A DNA stretch of 38,507 nt from a virus (taxonomy: Duplodnaviria; Caudoviricetes), in the IMG/VR virus record IMGVR_UViG_3300044674_004301, positions 1 through 38,507 of that record; one strand, 5' to 3'. Position 1 is the stretch's first letter, and each line of letters opens with the position of its first letter. The notes beneath the pieces are model-generated. The model ran no database searches, had not been told where the DNA came from, and saw only the letters and a program-made list of their open reading frames with translations. Shown piece by piece: positions 1 through 9,576 of this stretch. The position numbers were made by a program, and so were the translations under genes.

Positions 1-390
1 TGCCATTGTCTTTTGATGTTTCAAACATCTGACCAGTTCTATAATTTTTTTATTATAAGGAAATTTAAATGTTAGCCACTTTCCATTCTGATCTTCATGG
101 TATTGTATTGACTTTTCATAATCAATTGTACGGAAAGGCTCTCTGTACACAGGCTTGTTTAATAATTCAGTTAGATCTACTCCAAATTTCAGAAATAACG
201 TATGGTATCTTTTCAGCATCGCTACAGCGAGTTTGCCTTGTTTTTCTGTGTACGCATACGGGTTGTCAGCGAGACTCTTAATTGTCGCTATATCTTTTTG
301 ATGTGGCGAAAATCCCACCCACCACTGCTCATTATAGGCTAAAACCTGTATTGCCTGCTCTATTGTGTCTATATTAATATGCTCACTCAT
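1..390 (-). CDS. conserved phage hypothetical protein, N-terminal part (runs off the window)
   Basis: Not in the ORF track. Manual translation from ATG at 388-390 gives MSEHINIDTIEQAIQVLAYNEQWW...LTFKFPYNKKIIELVRCLKHQKTMA with no stop to base 1. A promoter-like sequence lies upstream. Confidence 0.75.
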   Translation of the reverse strand, partial: MSEHINIDTIEQAIQVLAYNEQWWVGFSPHQKDIATIKSLADNPYAYTEKQGKLAVAMLKRYHTLFLKFGVDLTELLNKPVYREPFRTIDYEKSIQYHEDQNGKWLTFKFPYNKKIIELVRCLKHQKTMA

Positions 391-414
391 ATGTTTGGTA
401 AATTAGATAATTAT

Positions 415-442
415 AGTATAGCACGATTGTTAATTTAGTCAA
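415..442 (-). promoter_or_regulatory. sigma70-like promoter for the ORF starting at 390
   Basis: Minus strand TTGACT(442-437)-16 nt-TATACT(420-415), with an extended -10 TGn. Confidence 0.5.
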
Positions 443-463
443 CCGGGTAAAAACACGCATATA

Positions 464-943
464 ATGAAGAAAAGAAAACAAAGAAAATTGTCTGTAAAGG
501 CCATAAAAAAGGTTAAATTTCAAGTCAAAAATGCTTTGGCTAAAAGAAGCGGGATCAAAAATCACAGGACGACAATGGCACAGATTTATTTTTGGTTCAA
601 CACATTGAACAAGGGTCTGTTCAAAAGCACATTGCAGACTCCACGGTTTGAGATCAAACGTTTGAAATCTTGTTTTGGTCAGTGCGTATGTATGTGGGAT
701 GGTAGAAGCGTGAAAACTCCAAAAGATACTTTACCTGTGGGACAGGATCACGAGTCCATTGAGTATGTAATCGAGATGAGATTGATGTACGACACCTGGA
801 AAGATTTTATAGAAACCTTAGCACACGAGATGGTTCACTTGTACCAGATGACTATCGACCTAGATGGCAAGGCAAATCACAATAAAAACTTCTATAAATG
901 GAAACCTAAATTTAAGCAGTTCGACCTAGAACTTTCGCTTTAA
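464..943 (+). CDS. SprT-like zinc metalloprotease
   Basis: TLAHEMVHLYQ (HExxH) followed by NHNKNF third-ligand motif; N-terminal FNTLNKGLF pattern typical of SprT. Confidence 0.8.
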   Translation: MKKRKQRKLSVKAIKKVKFQVKNALAKRSGIKNHRTTMAQIYFWFNTLNKGLFKSTLQTPRFEIKRLKSCFGQCVCMWDGRSVKTPKDTLPVGQDHESIEYVIEMRLMYDTWKDFIETLAHEMVHLYQMTIDLDGKANHNKNFYKWKPKFKQFDLELSL

Positions 944-1661
944 AATCATCATAGTTCATTAAGTTTGTGTTCTTCATGTCTGTACCGGTCTGTAGATGAT
1001 AGAAATATTCGGGCGGGTCATCGTGTACCACAGTGAATGTGCAGTATGGCCTTTGCTTTATCATTCTTCTGAATTGGCTCAACCATTCTGTAAAGATCGA
1101 ATCGGAATGCCTCGGTCCGTAATTTTGTGAATCTTGATATATGTTGTTTAGTTGTTCCTTTCCGTATTCTCTAAAGTCAAAACCTAATAGATATAAATTT
1201 TTGTGTCCATGCACACACGCTGTCCATATTGCTTGATTACCGCTGGTGTAGTGTGGATTGTTTGGTATAAGATTGATACCCTCGTTCCTGTTTACTTCGA
1301 GACTGGGAGCATAACAGGTTACGCCCTGTTCCCATATTTTACTTTTGGAAATTTCCTGTGACATTTTGGCATCCACCGAAAAAAGAAAGTCTGGTTTGGT
1401 GTCTCTATAAAGTGCGTTGCAACCATATAGTTGTCCGGTGTCTCGTAAAGTCTCTAAATCAAAATTTTTCCTACTAGGTCCATTTCCTATTATGTAGGCA
1501 TTGCCTCTTGGCACTGCCTTAACTTTGTCTTTGTAGTATGCTGTTTCTTGAATTTTTTTGCCACCACGGATGACTGTTCGCACAATGACCGTTTCGCCTA
1601 CGTAGGGTTTCCACTCTATTGGTTCTATAACATTCCTGTTGCCTAAATTTACTACTTTCAT
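912..1661 (-). CDS. DUF115/MAF_flag10 (GT29/GT42-like Rossmann) sugar-nucleotide-handling protein, putative glycosyltransferase
   Basis: Motifs AYIIGNGPSR, YGCNALYRD, PDFLFSVD, SG and LYLLGFD. Start moved to 1661 (ATGA overlap with the upstream stop). Confidence 0.65.
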   Translation of the reverse strand: MKVVNLGNRNVIEPIEWKPYVGETVIVRTVIRGGKKIQETAYYKDKVKAVPRGNAYIIGNGPSRKNFDLETLRDTGQLYGCNALYRDTKPDFLFSVDAKMSQEISKSKIWEQGVTCYAPSLEVNRNEGINLIPNNPHYTSGNQAIWTACVHGHKNLYLLGFDFREYGKEQLNNIYQDSQNYGPRHSDSIFTEWLSQFRRMIKQRPYCTFTVVHDDPPEYFYHLQTGTDMKNTNLMNYDDFKAKVLGRTA

Positions 1662-2533
1662 TTTATGAATCTTTCTAACAATCTTTCTCTTATTCTTGAC
1701 CATGGTATACCTTCTCTGATCTCATCAGTGGTCCACTCGGTGTATGACAACCAATTTGCCCAGTTGATCCTAGATGGCATGGCGGGTTGTAAAATATCTG
1801 CCACATTGGTGTTTCCCACATCGTGGCTAAGACTTGATTCTGAAACAAACACAGGTATGCCATTGAATACAGCCTCCATGGCAGGATTGGAAGAATGGTT
1901 AACCACTGCCCATGTGCTTCTTAAAATTTTTTTGAAGTCTGTGTCGTCATAGGTTGTCCAGTCTCTCTTTGGCATATTGATACGCACATAGGGATATTTT
2001 TTCTCGTCAAAGTTTATAGGATTACGAGGATGTGGCCTTATCACTATTGGTTTGTCGCAGTATTGTCTTATAATTTTGATCTGTTGATCAACCCAATTAC
2101 TCATGTTTGGCATGCCAATCCATTGCTGACTGCTGTTGTGTTGTCCGCAAATCACGATTACATTTCCTGTCTGTTTCCAAGGCTGTAGTTCTATGTTAAA
2201 TTTTTTCCATCTTTTGTCGTCGTATTTCTGATTGGCAAAATCAGCGTCTCTGTTTATGCCATTGATTCCCATCTTCCAGGTTGTGTTTCTTTTGATTCCG
2301 CCAACTTCAAGCACTACTACAGGCTTGTTATGTTTTTTAAAAAAATCCCAAACCTTCTTGTTTCCTTCCATTCTGCCTCGCCATAAAACTGACCAGATGA
2401 CCGCCACATCACATTCATTATCATATTTGTTGATTACAAAATTTTCATTTTTGTCCTGTAAATTTTTTATGAACGCATCAAAAACCGGTTTTGAATTCAT
2501 GCTACCAAATTCTGGAAAGACTGCTATTTTCAT
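1658..2533 (-). CDS. KpsS/KpsC (Capsule_synth)-like GT-B glycosyltransferase
   Basis: IRPHPR and VNHSSNPAMEAVFNGIPVF motifs. Start moved to 2533 (ATGA overlap). Confidence 0.7.
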   Translation of the reverse strand: MKIAVFPEFGSMNSKPVFDAFIKNLQDKNENFVINKYDNECDVAVIWSVLWRGRMEGNKKVWDFFKKHNKPVVVLEVGGIKRNTTWKMGINGINRDADFANQKYDDKRWKKFNIELQPWKQTGNVIVICGQHNSSQQWIGMPNMSNWVDQQIKIIRQYCDKPIVIRPHPRNPINFDEKKYPYVRINMPKRDWTTYDDTDFKKILRSTWAVVNHSSNPAMEAVFNGIPVFVSESSLSHDVGNTNVADILQPAMPSRINWANWLSYTEWTTDEIREGIPWSRIRERLLERFIK

Positions 2534-3441
2534 GACCTCCAAGTCGACGGAGCCGACTTCCAATATTCGATATGAGATACATCTGTGCTACTTTTTGATC
2601 CACGTAGATCATTCCTAGCACTTGTTCCGATGTTTTTCCTTTTGCCTTTGAAATGATCCATATAGAGCCCGAGTTCAGAATTTACAAATACATGATGTCC
2701 TTTGACACCTTTCCAATATCCGATATCGTTCACTTTGATGTCATGTTTTTGTCTGTAAATTTTTGACAAGTGCCAGAACACATAACTATCATGCCATTCC
2801 AACAGTTCGAACACTTTATCTTCGATAAAAATTTCTTCCCAATCCTCTGCGAATTTCTGCATATGAGGATTATTTAAATTATACCCAACAAATCCGCATT
2901 CGGGATATTTGCCTCCATCGTTCTTATTGGGATTTTCTCTGCCGAGATATGTCAGCATAGAATCAGCAGGCAATAACGATTCAAGAAACTGTCTGGGCAT
3001 GGATCTAAATGTAAATGTATCAGCATCTAGCCATATGATGTAGTCATAATTTTTTTCCACGGAAGTTTTTATTGAATGTGTTACACAAAAAACTTTGTTG
3101 GCAAACCTCACAGCATCAAATAGGAAACTTCCTTTATTTTTGTCACTACCATTGAACGCTGTTGGTCTTCTTACACCTCCTTCTATTTCCTGCAGTTCTC
3201 CACAGGCCACTGGGTCGTCCTTGTGTCGCTGTTTGAAGTTGACCAGATCCGGTTGTACTTCATGAAGGTCTATCCATTTCACTCTAGGTGACATAATTTC
3301 ATTAGTTTCGGGTTGTGGTCCTTCGTGATAGATGTGTATTGCCGTACCGTCGGGCCAGTGTTCAATCACACTCTTGACAGATCTCTCAGCGTATTGCGAC
3401 CACGTGCCTGGTTTGTAACTAGTGATTACTTTGATTTTCAT
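2530..3441 (-). CDS. GT-A fold nucleotide-diphospho-sugar transferase
   Basis: YDYIIWLDAD (DxD), ECGFVGYN, WHDSYVF and a C-terminal DHFKG. Confidence 0.75.
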   Translation of the reverse strand: MKIKVITSYKPGTWSQYAERSVKSVIEHWPDGTAIHIYHEGPQPETNEIMSPRVKWIDLHEVQPDLVNFKQRHKDDPVACGELQEIEGGVRRPTAFNGSDKNKGSFLFDAVRFANKVFCVTHSIKTSVEKNYDYIIWLDADTFTFRSMPRQFLESLLPADSMLTYLGRENPNKNDGGKYPECGFVGYNLNNPHMQKFAEDWEEIFIEDKVFELLEWHDSYVFWHLSKIYRQKHDIKVNDIGYWKGVKGHHVFVNSELGLYMDHFKGKRKNIGTSARNDLRGSKSSTDVSHIEYWKSAPSTWRS

Positions 3442-4430
3442 TATGTACCAATATTTAACTTTTCTTTGAATCTCGCAAACACCTTGCCGCTTCTTATTTC
3501 TTCAGTGCTCCATAATTTATAACCTATATTGTTCAACCACTGTGTCCTGTCGGGCATGTCGGGTGTTTCTATCTTGGTTAGGTCTGTGTTGGCTACTGGC
3601 CAAGAAAGTGCAAGATCTGAGGTATTAAAGGTAGGGATTCCACGAATGCAAGAGTCGACACCGGCAGTAGAATTGTGAGTAACAACAGCATGGCAATTAG
3701 TTATTGCTTCTTGGAAATGAAATCTGTAATGCTTTTTTTCATCACCCATGAAATGTTTTTGTCCTATAGCAACTTCAACGTCTGCTGGAAATTCTCCCAA
3801 TCGCTGAGATATCGAATCTACGTGATTAGGATGTGGACGTGCTATAAATTTTCTATTGGTTAAAGGTCTGAGTTTTTCATATACATCTTTGAACCAAGCA
3901 ACAGGATCCAGTTCATTCATAGACCAATTGTCTTTTGGTTGCAAGACAAACAGAATAGGATCTTCCGCATCTGATTTCCTCCATGGTTCGCTCTTGATGT
4001 TGAATTCCTTTTTTAACATTTCCCAACGATCTCCCGGCGAATTATCAGAGAGAAAGTCTCCATTGTTCATGGGAGAATACAAACTTACTCTCCAGTAGTG
4101 ATTGGGATACGTTGACACATTTCCATAACTGCTTAACAATCCTCCATCAAAAGTTATAACTTTTATACCTTTGGCTTTGGAGTTTTCTACTAATTCTAAT
4201 CTCCTGCCCTTGGTATGATGCCTTTGGTTTGTACCGCCGTAGCCAAACATACAAACAATGGGTGTGGTTGGATTCATTTCTCCTTCCACTGTTGGCCCAG
4301 ATCGATTCTCGTTTACCATAATTGGTTCGTCCCCACAACGTTTGATACCTTCTTCCATCCATTTCAAAAGATCATAACTGGATCCTCTTTTTCTATCTTT
4401 TACTGTTCTACGAAAAATTTCAACTTTCAT
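3441..4430 (-). CDS. KpsS/KpsC-like GT-B glycosyltransferase
   Basis: ILFVLQPKD, ARPHP and VVTHNSTAGVDSCIRGIP motifs. Confidence 0.7.
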   Translation of the reverse strand: MKVEIFRRTVKDRKRGSSYDLLKWMEEGIKRCGDEPIMVNENRSGPTVEGEMNPTTPIVCMFGYGGTNQRHHTKGRRLELVENSKAKGIKVITFDGGLLSSYGNVSTYPNHYWRVSLYSPMNNGDFLSDNSPGDRWEMLKKEFNIKSEPWRKSDAEDPILFVLQPKDNWSMNELDPVAWFKDVYEKLRPLTNRKFIARPHPNHVDSISQRLGEFPADVEVAIGQKHFMGDEKKHYRFHFQEAITNCHAVVTHNSTAGVDSCIRGIPTFNTSDLALSWPVANTDLTKIETPDMPDRTQWLNNIGYKLWSTEEIRSGKVFARFKEKLNIGT

Positions 4431-5238
4431 TTAATAATCTCCATGCTGTGCCATCTGACATTTCCTGCATATTGAAGTTGGAATATGCTAGACTGGAAAA
4501 CAATGGCATTCTGTCTTCGTATTTAGGCGTTTCTATCTTTGTAAAATCCGTTTCTGATATTGGTAAGGCCGCACTGGCTCTAGGATCACAGAACACAGGT
4601 ATACCGTTGTGTAGTGCCTCTATTATTGTGTTACTGTTGAATGTCACCACTGCATGATATCTGCCCCAATCGATCGGTCCTTTATGATTTGTTGGTCTGT
4701 CGACTTTGACTGTGGCCCCAAAACGATCCTTTGTGATCTCTGGATTGTATGGTTTTTCTCTCACGTCTACAAACCTGTCTGTGCTGTCGTTGAGAATTTT
4801 TAATGTGTCTGTTATCCAGTCACCGGCATCAAAAAAATTTTCAATTGCCATTGTAGGTGGCAGGAACAAGATGTCTTTTCCGTTTTTGTTCCATGGTTTG
4901 ATTTCACGTTTAAAATATTTTTCATAACGATCAGAAGAAACGTTTTTTAGTTCAGTTTGTGTGTGTCCGTTTTTTGTTATTCTCAACCAATGTGGATGAT
5001 CGTGAGCATTTGAAAAGTAACCATGGTCCATAAAATAAAAATCCTTGTTTTCTTTTTGACACCATTTGTAAACTTCTCCTGATCCGGCTAATATGCCATA
5101 GAACGCCAGCGTTTCATTAGGCAAAGTTGCCATTTGTTTGAAATCATAAATTTTATGAGGTCCGGGTGTGCCTTTTACAAAAGCATCTACGTAACGCTGA
5201 GTTCTCGGTTTGGTTGTGTGGACTCCTGCTATAATCAT
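4420..5238 (-). CDS. KpsS/KpsC-like GT-B glycosyltransferase
   Basis: FMDHGYF, VREKP and VVTFNSNTIIEALHNGIPVF; paralogue of neighbouring genes. Confidence 0.65.
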   Translation of the reverse strand: MIIAGVHTTKPRTQRYVDAFVKGTPGPHKIYDFKQMATLPNETLAFYGILAGSGEVYKWCQKENKDFYFMDHGYFSNAHDHPHWLRITKNGHTQTELKNVSSDRYEKYFKREIKPWNKNGKDILFLPPTMAIENFFDAGDWITDTLKILNDSTDRFVDVREKPYNPEITKDRFGATVKVDRPTNHKGPIDWGRYHAVVTFNSNTIIEALHNGIPVFCDPRASAALPISETDFTKIETPKYEDRMPLFSSLAYSNFNMQEMSDGTAWRLLNES

Positions 5239-6308
5239 AGATAGTTTAGGACCTCTTTGATATCGACTCTGAGGTTGTTGTAATCTTTTAACCTTTTTAC
5301 ATTTTTTGGCTTGTCGTTGCCCAAAGCAATTTTATCAGCATATATGACATGATGTCTATGATTTTTTAACATGCTTAAAATTGGATATGGTTTTTTATCT
5401 ATAAGTTCTGTTTGAGATATTTCGATAACCTGTGCCCCCTCCGGCGCCCAAATCGAGTTAAGTAGACCTGCACCGTGTGTGCCCATGATATGACTTGAAT
5501 TGCTAAACATAGATATTTGTTCTTGGATAGACATTTCGGAAAGGTTGACTTTTTCCCATCCTTTCAATGCCATAAACAATTCATCTGTGTTGGCCAGTTT
5601 CCTAGCAGGAGCATCATCTCTTGTGATGAAAATCTTCCTTGTGGCTTTTCCTGTTTGTGCATATTCTTTGAATAGCCAATTGGGAAGACCGGGTTGAATA
5701 ATACCGTCTTGTGAGTTTGACATAGAAGGCACAATCAAATCTTTGAACTGCCAATATTCATCTTTTGGCATGACCATGTAATGGTAGTCCTTCATTATTT
5801 GTTTCATAACATTTTCCATGTATTCTCCCATGTTGGGGAAGATATAAACAAAATTTCTCGTATTCTTTTTAATACGTTCCGACTGCTCTAACAATCTGAT
5901 CCTGCTCCAGACGTCGATCCAAAAGTGCCAGGCATTGTTCGAACTCTCCCGGTCTATCGGCATCCACACATACACATCCTCGTCATTAAACTGCCTCGAA
6001 ACCTTTGGGTTATCTATGTCTAATTTATCTGTCCACTGATTCCATAATTTGTGTGTCTTGTGAGGTTTGTTTTTCACTTTCCATAACAACGGCCACACAT
6101 GATCTGTAATCATTAAATTGTTTTTGGTCAACAAGAAAGGCAAGGTGTGAGCCCTTACATCTTTAAAACGAGAAACGAAAGTTGGCATAGCGGTAAAAGA
6201 TGTTTGTGGTTGATTCTTGTGCCAGACACATTCATATGTAAAAGATTTGTCAATGTTTTCAGAATTTTCTAAAAAATATTTTATGTTGGTAACGGGTTTA
6301 ACAATCAT
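5235..6308 (-). CDS. GT61 (DUF563) glycosyltransferase
   Basis: NNAWHFWID, RKIFITRDDAPARKLAN, EQISMFSNSSHIMGTHGAGLLNSIW and VIEI. Start moved to ATG 6308. Confidence 0.85.
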   Translation of the reverse strand: MIVKPVTNIKYFLENSENIDKSFTYECVWHKNQPQTSFTAMPTFVSRFKDVRAHTLPFLLTKNNLMITDHVWPLLWKVKNKPHKTHKLWNQWTDKLDIDNPKVSRQFNDEDVYVWMPIDRESSNNAWHFWIDVWSRIRLLEQSERIKKNTRNFVYIFPNMGEYMENVMKQIMKDYHYMVMPKDEYWQFKDLIVPSMSNSQDGIIQPGLPNWLFKEYAQTGKATRKIFITRDDAPARKLANTDELFMALKGWEKVNLSEMSIQEQISMFSNSSHIMGTHGAGLLNSIWAPEGAQVIEISQTELIDKKPYPILSMLKNHRHHVIYADKIALGNDKPKNVKRLKDYNNLRVDIKEVLNYL

Positions 6309-6336
6309 TGTAAAATAATTAATTATACTATAAAAT
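6308..6336 (+). promoter_or_regulatory. sigma70-like promoter; predicted start site at or near ATG 6343 (leaderless)
   Basis: TTGTAA(6308-6313)-17 nt-TAAAAT(6331-6336)-6 nt-ATG. Confidence 0.5.
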
Positions 6337-6342
6337 ACATGT

Positions 6343-7011
6343 ATGAACAAACTTTTTTCAAACGGGTGCAGTTTTTTAACTACCAGGCCCAAGGACGGAG
6401 TTGATACATTTACCTCGAAAATTATAGCAGAACATTACAACATGGAGATCAACAACATTGCCATGGGAGGCCGCGGAAATGATAGACTGTGTTTTACCAC
6501 CAAACATTGGTTTGAGTCAAATACCAAAAATGATATTTTTGCCGTGATAGGTTTCACAAGCACCCACAGGATGGACTATGTGACCAATGACGGGTGGAAA
6601 AAAGGAAAGATACCAGGAACCGATTTAACTTGGAGAACTTGGAAGATAGGCGACCAATTGAGATTTGTTCAATCACAGCCAGGATGGGATATAGAACAAA
6701 CTGGAACTATGCGGTGGCTCAATCATGTATTAGACCTACAAAACTACTTTGAAAACAACAAAATTCCATATGTGATGTACAACTCGTTACCGATAGAGAT
6801 CGTTAAAAATAAGGGGGATTTTGACGCTTTAAAGGGCATGATAAATGCCAATAGATACTTTAGAGTAAACGATTCTCATTATAATTACATACAAGAAAAC
6901 AACAGTATTGTCAGTCCGATGGACCCACATCCAAGCAAAAAAGGTCACGAAGGATGGGCAAAACTTTTGATAGAATTTATAGATGCTAACAATCTACGCA
7001 CCATTAAGTAA
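6343..7011 (+). CDS. SGNH/GDSL-family esterase or O-acyltransferase-like protein
   Basis: Block I NGCSF, block II GGRGND and block V DPHP (DxH). Confidence 0.7.
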   Translation: MNKLFSNGCSFLTTRPKDGVDTFTSKIIAEHYNMEINNIAMGGRGNDRLCFTTKHWFESNTKNDIFAVIGFTSTHRMDYVTNDGWKKGKIPGTDLTWRTWKIGDQLRFVQSQPGWDIEQTGTMRWLNHVLDLQNYFENNKIPYVMYNSLPIEIVKNKGDFDALKGMINANRYFRVNDSHYNYIQENNSIVSPMDPHPSKKGHEGWAKLLIEFIDANNLRTIK

Positions 7012-7795
7012 TCAGAAAAGCAAGGCATGGGAAGTGTTCGAGGGCATACGTGAAACATGGCCGGATGAAATGATTGTCATGGACAATGCTACCGAAACTG
7101 AGCCCAATTCAAATTCTATGTTCTGGGGATTTGTCAACAACAATCTCGAAATGGTCAAGAAATTGGAAGCGAGACAACATGACTACTGGTTTACCGATAC
7201 ACCCTACTTTGGAAGATTTGACAACAACAATCTTAAACCAGACAATCACTATTGGCGAATTTGTAACAATAGCATACATGCAGGATTTATTGAAAATTGT
7301 GCGGCCGACAGATTTGAAAATTTTAAAATTGAGGTACATGACCCAAAAAAAACAGGAGACCATATTTTGATTTGTCCTAGTTCGGTTGGCATCAACAGTT
7401 ATCTAGGAAATTCAAATTGGACTAACGATACAATAGAAAAAATAAAAAAATTTACGGATAGACCGATCAGACTTCGACACAAGCCTAGGGGCAGGGGTAC
7501 ATCAGGGCCAAGTGAGGCCAAGGTGCCCCTATCCGAGGACCTTAAGAACGCATGGGCCTGTGTGACCAGTTGTAGCATAGCGGCAGTGGAGGCAGTATGC
7601 ATGGGCATACCGGTGTTCTGCCACTCCAAAAGTTTTGCGGTAAGTGTAGGCAATTTAAAATTAGAAAATATTGAAAATCCTTTACGTTGTGATCCCATGC
7701 CATGGTTATACAGTCTCGCTTATCAACAATTTACTCCACAAGAATACCAGAACGGAACTGCGATCAATATTTTAAGGGAAAAAGGTCTTGTATGA
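6983..7795 (+). CDS. KpsS/KpsC-like GT-B glycosyltransferase
   Basis: FTDTPYF, LRHKPR and VTSCSIAAVEAVCMGIPVF motifs. Confidence 0.65.
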   Translation: MLTIYAPLSNQKSKAWEVFEGIRETWPDEMIVMDNATETEPNSNSMFWGFVNNNLEMVKKLEARQHDYWFTDTPYFGRFDNNNLKPDNHYWRICNNSIHAGFIENCAADRFENFKIEVHDPKKTGDHILICPSSVGINSYLGNSNWTNDTIEKIKKFTDRPIRLRHKPRGRGTSGPSEAKVPLSEDLKNAWACVTSCSIAAVEAVCMGIPVFCHSKSFAVSVGNLKLENIENPLRCDPMPWLYSLAYQQFTPQEYQNGTAINILREKGLV

Positions 7796-8499
7796 AAAAT
7801 TGTATAGTGCAATTCCATGTAGATGCCGAAACATATGACAGTCCTGAATACAATAACATATCGGTAAATCAAAAATTGTTACCTTTCAGTTTTGAATCTG
7901 TTAAACGTTACAGTGAAAAAATCAACGTCGACCATGTTATTGTTAATGAAAAGAGAATAAATTGGATTCATCCTACCTTCGAAAGATTTGATCTATTTTT
8001 TAACAACAACTGGTGGAAAGAGTATGAAAACATCTTGTATCTCGATACAGATTTAATTGTATGGAATGATGCTCCTGACATCTTTGAAATGTATAGACAA
8101 CCAAACAAATTTAAAATTTGTTATGACAGAATAGCACGGAGAAGAAGCAAACAGTGGCATGAAAAAAATGCCAGTTCATCTATATTAGAAGAATTTGATG
8201 GATACACTTTGGCTAAAAATAGATTCAACGCAGGAGTTTTTATGTTAGACAAAACTTCGGCAAAAGCAATGGCCGAATATTTAGATTACAAAAATTTAGT
8301 TGCCGATGATAATGTTATGTTGATATACGCCATGTTAAAAAGTGGCGTAGGTGTTGAACAAATGGATTGGAGATTCAACAAAAAGAATGGATATAACTGT
8401 TGGTTTGGACATGCTTTCGGACAAGAAAAATTCAATTGGAGTGAAAATAATCCTTTCGTGGTTAAAGCAAGACAGCAATTTCCTAATATAGATTTCTAG
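7792..8499 (+). CDS. GT8-like GT-A glycosyltransferase
   Basis: ILYLDTD (DxD), FNAGVFML, DWRFN. Start moved to 7792 (ATGA overlap). Confidence 0.75.
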   Translation: MKNCIVQFHVDAETYDSPEYNNISVNQKLLPFSFESVKRYSEKINVDHVIVNEKRINWIHPTFERFDLFFNNNWWKEYENILYLDTDLIVWNDAPDIFEMYRQPNKFKICYDRIARRRSKQWHEKNASSSILEEFDGYTLAKNRFNAGVFMLDKTSAKAMAEYLDYKNLVADDNVMLIYAMLKSGVGVEQMDWRFNKKNGYNCWFGHAFGQEKFNWSENNPFVVKARQQFPNIDF

Positions 8500-8882
8500 T
8501 TGAAAATTAATTCAATTACTGGTTTATCTTGGTAGTCGTTTTCTAAATTACTATGAGTCACCATGCCGTCTTCTTTACATGCCAACAAGGTATTTGGCAG
8601 GTATGTGTATGCTGTATTGTTGATTGAAAATTGAATATTACGTTTGTCTGTCCTGTCTTTGAAAAACCAGTACACTTTATTTTTGTGCATTTTTTTAATT
8701 TTTCCTAGGTCCTTTATCAAATTGATACTTTTAACTGCTTGTTTTTCTTTGAATTCTTTCCATCGGAAATGGTCTAGGTTAGGCATATTTTCGTAAAGTC
8801 TGTCGTACGTCAGCATGTCTACCGGATGTCGCATATAAATGAATACTTTGTTATTGCTCTTAATTTTTTGTGCTATCAGCAT
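8496..8882 (-). CDS. hypothetical protein
   Basis: 128-aa ORF filling the space between two GT genes; no recognisable motif. Confidence 0.6.
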   Translation of the reverse strand: MLIAQKIKSNNKVFIYMRHPVDMLTYDRLYENMPNLDHFRWKEFKEKQAVKSINLIKDLGKIKKMHKNKVYWFFKDRTDKRNIQFSINNTAYTYLPNTLLACKEDGMVTHSNLENDYQDKPVIELIFN

Positions 8883-8891
8883 CTCTATGGA

Positions 8892-9575
8892 TCATTTGCT
8901 AAAAAGATTTATTAGTTCTTTTTTCCATTCGTTTGAGTATTCGCAATCGAAGTAATTTTCAACAAACCATGGACCTCCTTCGGTCCAGTGATAAATTTTA
9001 GGTTTGCCATCTCGCGGTTCTTTGTACCATCCCACTAACCAATTATAATTGTGAGGCAATGATCCAATGTCGTCGTCATCCAGCCATTGGAATCTGTGTA
9101 AGAATGCGCCTGTCTCCTTGTTAAGCAATTCTGGATTGAGAATTTTATTTTTTGGATGGGCACAATTCCATAATATCATCGACGACCAATTTTTCCTGGG
9201 GTACACTGTTTGTTTCTGGCCATCCATCTTGATGCCCTCGGCTGGTGTGTAATCGTGTTGGACAACCACTACTGCCTTGTCTGGGTCACAATATTGTTTT
9301 AGGTCTGTGGTAGGCACTGTCCATAAAAAATCACAATCGCAAAATACTGCCCAACCTTGATAGTTTTGGAGATATGGAACAAAAAATCTTGTGAAAGTAA
9401 ATTCCGTAGATGAAAGTTTATCAACTTCTCTGGTGTATAGTCCCGATGCTCTGAGGTCTTTTTGTTTCAATGGGTTAACAACCGCACCCGGTTCTCTTCT
9501 TATAATAGAATGTCGACACACTTGATATGCTATGTCTTCTCTAGAATCGTAGCCAACATATACCGGCAAAGTCAT
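8892..9575 (-). CDS. GT-A glycosyltransferase (GT8-related, plant CDI-like family)
   Basis: VYVGYDSRE, STEFTFTRF, FCDCDF (DxD), YPRKNWSS and HWTEGGPW. Confidence 0.85.
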   Translation of the reverse strand: MTLPVYVGYDSREDIAYQVCRHSIIRREPGAVVNPLKQKDLRASGLYTREVDKLSSTEFTFTRFFVPYLQNYQGWAVFCDCDFLWTVPTTDLKQYCDPDKAVVVVQHDYTPAEGIKMDGQKQTVYPRKNWSSMILWNCAHPKNKILNPELLNKETGAFLHRFQWLDDDDIGSLPHNYNWLVGWYKEPRDGKPKIYHWTEGGPWFVENYFDCEYSNEWKKELINLFSK

Positions 9576-9576
9576 T

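Noticed and set aside
912-9575. GT cluster as a bacterial LPS/capsule island or host contamination
   Set aside because: It is contiguous and tightly packed with phage uvsY/HAD genes, and lacks Wzx/Wzy, ABC export or nucleotide-sugar synthesis genes in this window.
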